Virus genome (UHGV): UHGV-0038498
Reading direction: 5' to 3' (one strand)
Length of the DNA: 64,000 bases
Source: a virus
The notes under the pieces were generated by a model, which worked only from the letters and a program-made list of their open reading frames with translations, did not search any database and was not told the origin of the DNA. Shown here piece by piece: positions 1-7,951 of the stretch. Every line of letters starts with the position of its first letter. Positions within the stretch are counted from its first letter, which is position 1. The translations under genes were made by a program, and so were the position numbers.

Positions 1-476
1 ATTCTTTTAAGGAAAAAGCTGAAAATGAATTTTTTGAAATAATTGGAGCTATTAATAATAAAACTAAATGCTCTATTGCTCAAAAAGATTATTCAAAATA
101 CATGGTTGAGAATGCATTATCACAATTTCCTGAGTGCATGCCAGCTGTATATGCTATGAATTTAATTGGATCAGGTTTAAGCGATGAAGCCCATTTTAAT
201 TATCTGATGGCTGCTGTTCCTCGGGGTAAAAGATATGGTAAATGGGCAAAACTGGTCGAAGATTCTACTGAAGTATTGATTATTAAGTTACTTGCTAAGC
301 GGTATCAAGTTAATACAAATGATGCAATTAACTATAAATCAATTCTTACTAAAAATGGAAAACTTCCTTTAGTTTTAAAAGAACTAAAAGGTTTAGTCAC
401 GGATGATTTTTTAAAAGAAGTGACTAAGAATGTAAAAGAACAGAAACAGCTCAAAAAACTAGCATTGGAATGGTAA
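1..476 (+). CDS. 62: Clamp-loader small subunit gp62, C-terminal part; 5' end lies upstream of the window
   Basis: Frame is open from window start to TAA at 474-476; translation (...[52 protein letters not shown]...LKKLALEW) matches the T4 gp62 sequence I recall. Confidence 0.88.
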   Translation, partial: SFKEKAENEFFEIIGAINNKTKCSIAQKDYSKYMVENALSQFPECMPAVYAMNLIGSGLSDEAHFNYLMAAVPRGKRYGKWAKLVEDSTEVLIIKLLAKRYQVNTNDAINYKSILTKNGKLPLVLKELKGLVTDDFLKEVTKNVKEQKQLKKLALEW

Positions 477-477
477 A

Positions 478-846
478 ATGATTGAAATTACTCTTAAAAA
501 ACCTGAAGATTTTCTGAAAGTAAAAGAAACTTTGACTCGTATGGGAATTGCTAATAATAAAGATAAAGTTCTGTATCAGTCCTGTCATATTCTTCAGAAA
601 AAAGGACTATACTATATCGTCCATTTTAAAGAAATGCTTCGTATGGATGGCCGTCAGGTTGAAATGACAGAAGAAGATGAAGTTCGTCGTGATTCGATTG
701 CATGGCTGTTAGAAGATTGGGGACTGATTGAAATCGTTCCTGGTCAAAGAACTTTTATGAAAGATTTAACCAATAACTTCCGAGTTATTTCTTTTAAACA
801 GAAACACGAATGGAAACTCGTTCCTAAATATACGATTGGTAATTAA
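478..846 (+). CDS. regA: Translational repressor RegA
   Basis: 122 aa ORF MIEITLKKPEDFLKVKETLTRMGIANNKDKVLYQSCHILQKKGLYYIVHFKEM...; T4 RegA length and sequence; follows gene 62 by 1 nt. Confidence 0.9.
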   Translation: MIEITLKKPEDFLKVKETLTRMGIANNKDKVLYQSCHILQKKGLYYIVHFKEMLRMDGRQVEMTEEDEVRRDSIAWLLEDWGLIEIVPGQRTFMKDLTNNFRVISFKQKHEWKLVPKYTIGN

Positions 847-856
847 GGCAAATTAT

Positions 857-1093
857 ATGACACAATCAGAGATTCAGTTTACCGAAGCTTTTCTAATATT
901 CGAAAATCTAAAACAAACATATGGTCTGTCTTCTACCCAACTGGTTTTTGACCTCCCGGAAGATAAACAAATAGAATTCCAAAAAGAATTCCAACGATTA
1001 GTTTACCCGCACCAGCTCGCATTTCATGCGATTATCAAAACCACAAATAAAGATGGCAAGTCCGTTATATCGCGTCGCACAATAGAAATTTAA
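857..1093 (+). CDS. Hypothetical protein between regA and gene 43
   Basis: ORF 836..1093 in track; first ATG at 857 (MTQSEIQF...), AAGG 9 nt upstream; followed by hairpin terminator. Confidence 0.45.
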   Translation: MTQSEIQFTEAFLIFENLKQTYGLSSTQLVFDLPEDKQIEFQKEFQRLVYPHQLAFHAIIKTTNKDGKSVISRRTIEI

Positions 1094-1099
1094 AGCAAA

Positions 1100-1119
1100 G
1101 GGGCTTCGGCCCCTTATTT
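1100..1119 (+). terminator. Rho-independent terminator-like hairpin (GGGGC-TTCG-GCCCC + TTATTT)
   Basis: 5 bp GC stem with UUCG tetraloop followed by T-rich tract directly after the 857..1093 ORF. Confidence 0.55.
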
Positions 1120-1136
1120 GGAGTATAATATATCAA

Positions 1137-1173
1137 GAGCCTAATAACTCGGGCTATAAACTAAGGAATATCT
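1137..1173 (+). promoter_or_regulatory. Gene 43 translational operator (short hairpin AGCC-UAAUAACUC-GGCU plus single-stranded tract up to the ATG)
   Basis: Hairpin with 8-9 nt loop immediately 5' of gene 43 SD (AAGGAA) and ATG; T4 gp43 is known to autoregulate through such an operator. Confidence 0.5.
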
Positions 1174-3870
1174 ATGAAAGAATTTTATATCTCTATCGAA
1201 ACAGTCGGAAATAACATTGTTGAGCGCTATATTGATGAAAACGGAAAGGAACGTACTCGTGAAGTAGAATATCTTCCGACTATGTTTAGGCATTGTAAGG
1301 AAGAGTCAAAATACAAAGACATTTATGGTAAAAATTGCGCTCCTCAAAAATTTCCATCAATGAAAGATGCACGAGACTGGATGAAGCGAATGGAAGACAT
1401 CGGTCTCGAAGCTCTCGGTATGAACGATTTTAAACTCGCTTACATCAGTGATACATATGGTTCAGAAATTGTTTATGACCGAAAATTTGTTCGTGTAGCT
1501 AACTGTGACATTGAGGTTACTGGTGATAAATTTCCTGACCCAATGAAAGCAGAATATGAAATTGATGCTATCACTCATTATGATTCAATTGACGACCGTT
1601 TTTACGTCTTTGACTTGTTGAATTCAATGTACGGTTCAGTATCAAAATGGGATGCAAAGTTAGCTGCTAAGCTTGACTGCGAAGGTGGTGATGAAGTTCC
1701 TCAAGAAATTCTTGACCGAGTAATTTATATGCCATTTGATAATGAGCGTGATATGCTCATGGAATATATTAATCTCTGGGAACAGAAACGACCTGCTATT
1801 TTTACCGGTTGGAATATTGAGGGATTTGACGTTCCGTATATCATGAATCGCGTTAAAATGGTTCTCGGCGAACGCAGTATGAAACGCTTCTCTCCAATCG
1901 GTCGAGTAAAATCTAAACTAATTCAAAATATGTACGGTAGCAAAGAAATTTATTCTATTGATGGCGTATCTATTCTTGATTATTTAGATTTGTACAAGAA
2001 ATTCGCATTTACTAATTTGCCATCATTCTCTTTGGAATCAGTTGCTCAACATGAAACCAAAAAAGGTAAATTACCGTACGATGGTCCTATTAATAAACTT
2101 CGTGAGACTAATCATCAACGATACATTAGTTATAACATCATTGACGTAGAATCAGTTCAAGCAATTGATAAAATTCGTGGGTTTATCGATCTAGTTTTAA
2201 GTATGTCCTATTACGCTAAAATGCCTTTTTCTGGTGTAATGAGTCCTATTAAAACTTGGGATGCTATTATTTTTAACTCACTGAAAGGTGAACATAGGGT
2301 TATTCCTCAACAAGGTTCGCACGTTAAACAGAGTTTTCCAGGTGCATTTGTGTTTGAACCTAAACCGATTGCTCGTCGATACATTATGAGTTTTGACTTG
2401 ACGTCTCTGTATCCTAGCATTATTCGCCAGGTTAACATTAGTCCTGAGACTATTCGCGGGCAGTTTAAAGTTCATCCAATTCATGAATATATCGCAGGAA
2501 CAGCTCCTAAGCCAAGTGATGAATATTCTTGCTCTCCGAATGGATGGATGTATGATAAGCACCAAGAAGGTATCATTCCAAAGGAAATCGCTAAAGTATT
2601 TTTCCAGCGTAAAGATTGGAAAAAGAAAATGTTCGCGGAAGAAATGAATGCCGAAGCTATTAAAAAGATTATTATGAAAGGTGCAGGGTCTTGCTCAACT
2701 AAACCAGAAGTTGAACGATATGTTAAGTTCAGTGATGATTTCTTAAACGAATTATCGAATTACACCGAATCTGTTCTTAATAGTCTGATCGAAGAATGTG
2801 AAAAAGCTGCTACGCTTGCTAACACAAATCAGCTGAACCGTAAAATTCTTATTAACAGTCTTTATGGTGCTCTTGGTAATATTCATTTCCGTTACTATGA
2901 TTTGCGAAATGCTACTGCTATCACAATTTTCGGTCAAGTCGGTATTCAGTGGATTGCTCGTAAAATTAATGAATATCTGAATAAAGTATGTGGAACTAAT
3001 GGTGAAGATTTCATCGCAGCAGGTGATACTGATTCGGTATATGTTTGTGTAGATAAAGTTATTGAAAAAGTAGGTCTTGACCGCTTTAAAGAACAAAATG
3101 ATTTAGTTGAATTCATGAATCAGTTTGGTAAGAAAAAGATGGAACCTATGATTGATGTTGCATATCGTGAGTTATGTGATTATATGAATAACCGCGAGCA
3201 TCTGATGCATATGGACCGTGAAGCTATTTCTTGCCCTCCGCTTGGTTCAAAGGGTGTTGGTGGATTTTGGAAAGCGAAAAAACGTTATGCTCTGAACGTT
3301 TATGATATGGAAGATAAGCGATTTGCCGAACCGCATCTAAAAATTATGGGTATGGAAACTCAACAGAGTTCAACACCAAAAGCAGTACAAGAAGCTCTCG
3401 AAGAAAGTATTCGTCGTATTCTTCAGGAAGGTGAAGAGTCTGTCCAAGAATACTACAAGAACTTTGAGAAAGAATATCGTCAACTTGACTATAAAGTTAT
3501 TGCTGAAGTAAAAACTGCGAACGATATAGCGAAATATGACGATAAAGGTTGGCCAGGATTTAAATGTCCGTTCCATATTCGCGGTGTGCTAACTTATCGT
3601 CGAGCTGTTAACGGTTTAGGTGTAGCTCCAATTTTGGATGGAAATAAGGTAATGGTTCTTCCATTACGTGAAGGAAATCCATTTGGTGACAAGTGCATTG
3701 CTTGGCCATCAGGCACAGAACTTCCAAAAGAAATTCGTTCTGATGTACTGTCTTGGATTGACTACTCAACTTTGTTCCAAAAATCGTTTGTTAAACCGCT
3801 TGCGGGTATGTGTGAATCGGCGGGTATGGACTATGAGGAAAAAGCTTCGTTAGACTTCCTGTTTGGCTGA
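1174..3870 (+). CDS. 43: DNA polymerase gp43 (family B, with 3'-5' exonuclease)
   Basis: 898 aa ORF MKEFYISIETVGNNIVERYIDENGKERTREVEYLPTMFRHCKEESKYKDIYGKNCAPQKF...; same length and near-identical sequence to T4 gp43; polymerase motifs (e.g. YGDTDS-like region ...AAGDTDSVYVC...). Confidence 0.96.
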   Translation: MKEFYISIETVGNNIVERYIDENGKERTREVEYLPTMFRHCKEESKYKDIYGKNCAPQKFPSMKDARDWMKRMEDIGLEALGMNDFKLAYISDTYGSEIVYDRKFVRVANCDIEVTGDKFPDPMKAEYEIDAITHYDSIDDRFYVFDLLNSMYGSVSKWDAKLAAKLDCEGGDEVPQEILDRVIYMPFDNERDMLMEYINLWEQKRPAIFTGWNIEGFDVPYIMNRVKMVLGERSMKRFSPIGRVKSKLIQNMYGSKEIYSIDGVSILDYLDLYKKFAFTNLPSFSLESVAQHETKKGKLPYDGPINKLRETNHQRYISYNIIDVESVQAIDKIRGFIDLVLSMSYYAKMPFSGVMSPIKTWDAIIFNSLKGEHRVIPQQGSHVKQSFPGAFVFEPKPIARRYIMSFDLTSLYPSIIRQVNISPETIRGQFKVHPIHEYIAGTAPKPSDEYSCSPNGWMYDKHQEGIIPKEIAKVFFQRKDWKKKMFAEEMNAEAIKKIIMKGAGSCSTKPEVERYVKFSDDFLNELSNYTESVLNSLIEECEKAATLANTNQLNRKILINSLYGALGNIHFRYYDLRNATAITIFGQVGIQWIARKINEYLNKVCGTNGEDFIAAGDTDSVYVCVDKVIEKVGLDRFKEQNDLVEFMNQFGKKKMEPMIDVAYRELCDYMNNREHLMHMDREAISCPPLGSKGVGGFWKAKKRYALNVYDMEDKRFAEPHLKIMGMETQQSSTPKAVQEALEESIRRILQEGEESVQEYYKNFEKEYRQLDYKVIAEVKTANDIAKYDDKGWPGFKCPFHIRGVLTYRRAVNGLGVAPILDGNKVMVLPLREGNPFGDKCIAWPSGTELPKEIRSDVLSWIDYSTLFQKSFVKPLAGMCESAGMDYEEKASLDFLFG

Positions 3871-3883
3871 TAGAATAAATCTA

Positions 3884-3905
3884 GGGACCTCCGGGTCCCT
3901 TTTTC
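3884..3905 (+). terminator. Rho-independent terminator (GGGACC-TCCG-GGTCCC + TTTTTC)
   Basis: Perfect 6 bp GC stem, tetraloop, T-run 14 nt after gene 43 stop. Confidence 0.7.
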
Positions 3906-3980
3906 ATACAAGTAATATAAATCTATACTTAGGAAAAATAGATGATTCTAGGTCCTGTAAATTCATTAAAAATTTTTTCA

Positions 3981-4020
3981 CAAAACTGTTTACATCCCTG
4001 TTCTTCCATGGTACTATACA
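3981..4020 (+). promoter_or_regulatory. T4-type early promoter (-35 GTTTAC 3988-3993, 18 nt spacer, -10 TACTAT 4012-4017) with A/T-rich UP-like tract
   Basis: Matches the GTTTAC-N18-TAnnAT geometry repeated 15 times in the window; directly upstream of the SD/ATG at 4052. Confidence 0.55.
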
Positions 4021-4051
4021 ACTATCAACTGATACGGATTTGGAGAATAAA

Positions 4052-4309
4052 ATGAAAATTGTTTATGGTTGTTTAGCAGCGTGTTTAGTTGCATTAGCAG
4101 TTGTTCTAGTTGCATTAGCAGCTGTTCCATTTATTGATATTGAAAATGACACTCAGAATGTGATTGAATCTAATACTGTTATTCACATGAATGGTAAAGT
4201 ATCAACAAAAATTGATGATAATCTTCATATGAATACTAATGGAACGCTGGGTGTTCAATTAGGTAATACCTGTGTAAGCACTACTGGAGTAATTACTACT
4301 TGTATTTGA
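4052..4309 (+). CDS. Hypothetical secreted or membrane-anchored protein (N-terminal hydrophobic helix)
   Basis: ATG 4052 preceded by GGAGAATAAA; product MKIVYGCLAACLVALAVVLVALAAVPF...; the track ORF 3863..4309 extends through terminator and promoter and is not credible as a start. Confidence 0.55.
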   Translation: MKIVYGCLAACLVALAVVLVALAAVPFIDIENDTQNVIESNTVIHMNGKVSTKIDDNLHMNTNGTLGVQLGNTCVSTTGVITTCI

Positions 4310-4319
4310 GGAAATTGTT

Positions 4320-4700
4320 ATGAAAATCGCTATTTTGGTTATTGCATTGGGTCTTACTGGCTGCGTAGCTCAAGGACCGGTAGTAAATCAATCTGATGTA
4401 GGAAAAATTGTAAACTGTTCAAGCAAATTTTATAATCCTAATGTTAAGTGTTATAAAGAAGCTCCAAAACAGACAGTAGAACAAATGCAGGCGAATTTTG
4501 ACGAAGCTATTCGTCCAGATGAATCTGCTCAAGCATATCGTAATTCAGATGTAATTACACGCGAAGAAAAAATTGAAAACTACTGCGCCGAACTTTGGGC
4601 TAATTGGGCTAATAATTACCAATGGCGTACAGGTAAAAATGCTCCGATGGAGTATGTAGTGAATTCTTATAATTCATGTGTAAAAAATTTGACTAAGTGA
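4320..4700 (+). CDS. Predicted lipoprotein (signal peptide with lipobox LTGC)
   Basis: 126 aa ORF MKIAILVIALGLTGCVAQGP...; SD GAGGAAA upstream; sits between gene 43 and imm. Confidence 0.6.
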   Translation: MKIAILVIALGLTGCVAQGPVVNQSDVGKIVNCSSKFYNPNVKCYKEAPKQTVEQMQANFDEAIRPDESAQAYRNSDVITREEKIENYCAELWANWANNYQWRTGKNAPMEYVVNSYNSCVKNLTK

Positions 4701-4707
4701 GGAAAAC

Positions 4708-4959
4708 ATGGAAACTTTAGTAGCAGGTTCAATTTTTATGGTTTTAGTTTCAGGCGTGTTGGCTATCATTATATACATGCTTCCGTGGTTCATCGCCTTG
4801 ATGCGTGGGTCAAAATCGACAGTAGGAATCTTTTTCACATCTTTACTGTTTAATTGGTCAATTATTGGTTGGTTTATTACATTTATTTGGTCAATTGCGG
4901 GTGAAACTAAAAAATCTGCACAACCGAATCAAGTAATTATCATCAGAGAGAAGGAATGA
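4708..4959 (+). CDS. imm: Superinfection immunity protein Imm
   Basis: 83 aa membrane protein METLVAGSIFMVLVSGVLAIIIYMLPWFIALMRGSKS...; T4 Imm length and sequence. Confidence 0.9.
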   Translation: METLVAGSIFMVLVSGVLAIIIYMLPWFIALMRGSKSTVGIFFTSLLFNWSIIGWFITFIWSIAGETKKSAQPNQVIIIREKE

Positions 4960-5105
4960 AAAGCAAAATTTTAGCAGTATTGCTTTTAATCTTGATGATT
5001 ATAATAAGTATATACTATAGCGTAACGGTTCCTTGTATGATTCCGACACTTATTATAGGTTGGGGTTTATTACTGTTACAAGTTAAATATGAATGTATCA
5101 ATTGA
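4956..5105 (+). CDS. Hypothetical small membrane protein (49 aa)
   Basis: ATG overlaps imm stop (ATGA); translation MKSKILAVLLLILMIIISIYYSVTVPCMIPTLIIGWGLLLLQVKYECIN; not in ORF track (under 60 aa). Confidence 0.4.
   Translation: MKSKILAVLLLILMIIISIYYSVTVPCMIPTLIIGWGLLLLQVKYECIN
4981..5005 (+). promoter_or_regulatory. Candidate MotA-dependent middle promoter for gene 42 (MotA box TGCTT 4981-4985, -10 TATAAT 5000-5005)
   Basis: TGCTT box 19 nt upstream of a TATAAT hexamer, the spacing expected for T4 middle promoters; lies inside the small ORF. Confidence 0.3.
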
Positions 5106-5112
5106 GGTTTAA

Positions 5113-5853
5113 ATGATTAGTGACTCTATGACAGTTGAAGAAATCCGTCTTCATTTGGGGCTTGCATTAAAGGAAAAAGATTTCGTAGTTGATAAAACTG
5201 GCGTTAAAACTATTGAAATTATTGGCGCATCATTTGTAGCAGATGAACCGTTTATTTTTGGCGCTCTTAATGATGAATACATTCAGCGTGAACTTGAATG
5301 GTATAAATCTAAAAGTTTGTTTGTTAAAGATATTCCAGGTGAAACACCGAAGATTTGGCAACAGGTAGCATCTTCTAAAGGCGAAATTAACTCGAATTAT
5401 GGTTGGGCCATCTGGTCAGAAGATAACTATGCTCAGTATGATATGTGTTTAGCTGAACTTGGTCAAAATCCTGATTCTCGACGCGGTATCATGATTTATA
5501 CTCGTCCATCCATGCAGTTTGACTACAATAAAGATGGTATGTCAGATTTCATGTGTACGAATACAGTACAGTACCTGATTCGTGATAAGAAAGTCAATGC
5601 AGTAGTGAGCATGCGTTCAAATGACGTTGTCTTCGGATTCCGTAATGATTATGCATGGCAAAAATACGTACTAGATAAATTAGTATCTGATTTGAATGCA
5701 GGTGATTCAACTCGTCAGTATAAAGCAGGTTCTATTATATGGAATGTTGGAAGTCTTCATGTATATTCTCGTCATTTTTACTTGGTTGATCATTGGTGGA
5801 ATACTGGCGAAACTCATATTGTGAAAAAAGATTATAATGGTGAGTGGAAATGA
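5113..5853 (+). CDS. 42: dCMP hydroxymethylase gp42
   Basis: 246 aa ORF MISDSMTVEEIRLHLGLALKEKDFVVDKTGVKTIEIIGASFVADEPFIFGALNDEYIQRELEWYKSK...; T4 gp42 length and sequence; implies hydroxymethyl-cytosine DNA. Confidence 0.95.
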   Translation: MISDSMTVEEIRLHLGLALKEKDFVVDKTGVKTIEIIGASFVADEPFIFGALNDEYIQRELEWYKSKSLFVKDIPGETPKIWQQVASSKGEINSNYGWAIWSEDNYAQYDMCLAELGQNPDSRRGIMIYTRPSMQFDYNKDGMSDFMCTNTVQYLIRDKKVNAVVSMRSNDVVFGFRNDYAWQKYVLDKLVSDLNAGDSTRQYKAGSIIWNVGSLHVYSRHFYLVDHWWNTGETHIVKKDYNGEWK

Positions 5854-6692
5854 TTCAATTCGTAATTCCAAGCTATCAACGCGTAGGGGCAGTTTCTGCC
5901 CTTGATATGTTTCCGACTGATTATGAACCTCATATTGTAGTACGTGAACACGAAGAAAAAGCTTATTATGACGCTTACGGGTCTAGAGCTAAAATTATAA
6001 CTATTCCTGATGATGTTAACGGAATTGCTGGTACTCGTAAAGCAATTACTGATATGTATGCAGGTCAACGAATTTGGATGATTGATGATGATACTACTAT
6101 TCGTATGAGTTCAATGCGAAAGAAAGATGATCGTCGCTGCGTAGATAAAATTAATCAGTTAACTCGTGAACAGTTCTATGAATTGATTCAATACGTTGAA
6201 GATGCCATGGATTGCGGGTATTATCATGGTCATGCTCGTCTGCCTATTTTTAAAATTACTTCATCTTGGGGTAATTATCGTGAAAATTCATATGGATTTA
6301 CGAATACCTGGTATGACCTCGGAAAACTTACAACAGAACAAATTGGGTATGGAAAAATTGATTTATGCGAAGATATGTATGCATTTCTCAATTTAATTAA
6401 TCAAGGTTATCCGCATTTGGCCTTGTTCAAATATCTGGTTGTATCTGGAAAAGCGCAAGCTCCTGGCGGATGTAGTTCAATTCGTAGTAATTCAAAACAT
6501 AATAGAGCTCTTGAGCAAATCAATAGAGAGTTTCCAGAGCAAGCTCGTTGGAAAACATCGAATATTGAAAAGAGAAAATCGTTGGGTGAAGAAGACGAGC
6601 CATTAAAGGTTCTTCGTATGTGTGTTTCGCGCAAAGAAAAATCAGAAGCGTTTCATAAGTTTAATGCTATTCATCCAATAGCAGTTGATTAA
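5850..6692 (+). CDS. Putative DNA glycosyltransferase (GT-A-like, DxD motif) occupying the beta-gt position
   Basis: 280 aa from ATG 5850 (ATGA overlap with gene 42 stop; track uses GTG 5844); product MIQFVIPSYQRVGAVSALDMF...RIWMIDDDTTIRM...; not similar to T4 beta-gt as I recall it. Confidence 0.55.
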   Translation: MIQFVIPSYQRVGAVSALDMFPTDYEPHIVVREHEEKAYYDAYGSRAKIITIPDDVNGIAGTRKAITDMYAGQRIWMIDDDTTIRMSSMRKKDDRRCVDKINQLTREQFYELIQYVEDAMDCGYYHGHARLPIFKITSSWGNYRENSYGFTNTWYDLGKLTTEQIGYGKIDLCEDMYAFLNLINQGYPHLALFKYLVVSGKAQAPGGCSSIRSNSKHNRALEQINREFPEQARWKTSNIEKRKSLGEEDEPLKVLRMCVSRKEKSEAFHKFNAIHPIAVD

Positions 6693-6747
6693 TGCCTAAA
6701 TTTATTGTGTTATAATTACTCTATCTTTAACCAGTGAGGAAAATATA

Positions 6748-6804
6748 ATGTTGCCTATGGAAAAAATGAATGTCTATTGCAGATTTAAAATCCCGTTTGA
6801 TTAA
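6748..6804 (+). other. Short upstream ORF (18 codons) with strong SD, overlapping the uvsX start in another frame
   Basis: GTGAGGAAAATATA precedes ATG 6748; translation MLPMEKMNVYCRFKIPFD; uvsX ATG at 6770 has only a weak GGA upstream. Confidence 0.25.
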
Positions 6805-7951
6805 AGCTTCCACTTCTAAAATGACTGCTGAACTGACTACATCTAAATTCTTTAATGAAAAGGATGTAATCCGTACAAAAATCCCAATGCTTAATATCGC
6901 TATTTCTGGTGCGATTGATGGTGGTATGCAGTCTGGTTTAACCATTTTTGCAGGTCCTTCTAAACACTTTAAATCAAATATGTCTTTGACTATGGTTGCG
7001 GCGTATTTGAACAAATATCCTGACGCGGTATGTCTATTTTATGATAGCGAATTTGGTATTACTCCAGCTTATTTGCGATCCATGGGAGTTGACCCGGAAC
7101 GAGTAATTCATACACCAATTCAGTCAGTTGAACAGCTGAAAATTGATATGGTGAATCAGCTTGAAGCTATTGAGCGTGGTGAAAAAGTTATTGTATTCAT
7201 CGACTCAATCGGTAATATGGCTTCTAAGAAAGAAACGGAAGATGCCTTGAATGAAAAATCTGTGGCAGATATGACTCGTGCTAAATCACTGAAGTCATTA
7301 TTCCGTATTGTTACTCCTTATTTTAGTATTAAAAACATTCCATGCGTTGCGGTTAACCATACAATTGAAACAATTGAAATGTTTAGTAAAACCGTGATGA
7401 CAGGTGGTACAGGCGTAATGTATTCGGCTGATACCGTATTCATTATCGGTAAGCGCCAGATTAAAGATGGTTCTGATCTTCAGGGGTATCAATTTGTTCT
7501 AAATGTAGAAAAATCTCGTACCGTCAAAGAAAAAAGTAAATTCTTTATTGATGTTAAATTTGACGGTGGTATCGATCCTTATTCTGGATTGTTAGATATG
7601 GCTCTTGAATTAGGATTTGTGGTAAAACCTAAAAATGGCTGGTATGCTCGTGAATTTCTTGATGAAGAAACCGGCGAGATGATTCGCGAAGAAAAATCTT
7701 GGCGTGCAAAAGATACCAACTGCACTACATTCTGGGGTCCTTTATTTAAGCATCAACCATTCCGAGATGCTATTAAACGTGCTTATCAGTTAGGTGCTAT
7801 TGATAGTAATGAAATTGTTGAAGCTGAAGTTGATGAATTGATTAACTCAAAGGTTGAAAAATTTAAATCTCCAGAAAGTAAAAGTAAATCAGCAGCTGAT
7901 TTAGAAACTGACCTAGATCAGTTAAGTGATATGGAAGAATTTAATGAATAA
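6770..7951 (+). CDS. uvsX: Recombinase UvsX (RecA/Rad51-like)
   Basis: 393 aa ORF MSIADLKSRLIKASTSKMTAELTTSKFFNEKDVIRTKIPMLNIAISGAIDGG...; T4 UvsX with a 2-residue N-terminal insertion and scattered substitutions. Confidence 0.92.
   Translation: MSIADLKSRLIKASTSKMTAELTTSKFFNEKDVIRTKIPMLNIAISGAIDGGMQSGLTIFAGPSKHFKSNMSLTMVAAYLNKYPDAVCLFYDSEFGITPAYLRSMGVDPERVIHTPIQSVEQLKIDMVNQLEAIERGEKVIVFIDSIGNMASKKETEDALNEKSVADMTRAKSLKSLFRIVTPYFSIKNIPCVAVNHTIETIEMFSKTVMTGGTGVMYSADTVFIIGKRQIKDGSDLQGYQFVLNVEKSRTVKEKSKFFIDVKFDGGIDPYSGLLDMALELGFVVKPKNGWYAREFLDEETGEMIREEKSWRAKDTNCTTFWGPLFKHQPFRDAIKRAYQLGAIDSNEIVEAEVDELINSKVEKFKSPESKSKSAADLETDLDQLSDMEEFNE

Noticed and set aside
2278-3576. Minus-strand ORFs 2278..2565, 2752..3096 and 3370..3576 inside the DNA polymerase gene
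   Set aside because: Lie entirely antisense within a well-supported 898 aa gene; translations are low-complexity (Phe/Ile/Asn-rich) as expected from AT-rich antisense frames; no SD.
3863-4309. Track ORF 3863..4309 (148 aa) starting inside the end of gene 43
   Set aside because: Its 5' part reads through a strong terminator hairpin and an early promoter; the credible gene starts at ATG 4052 with a proper SD.
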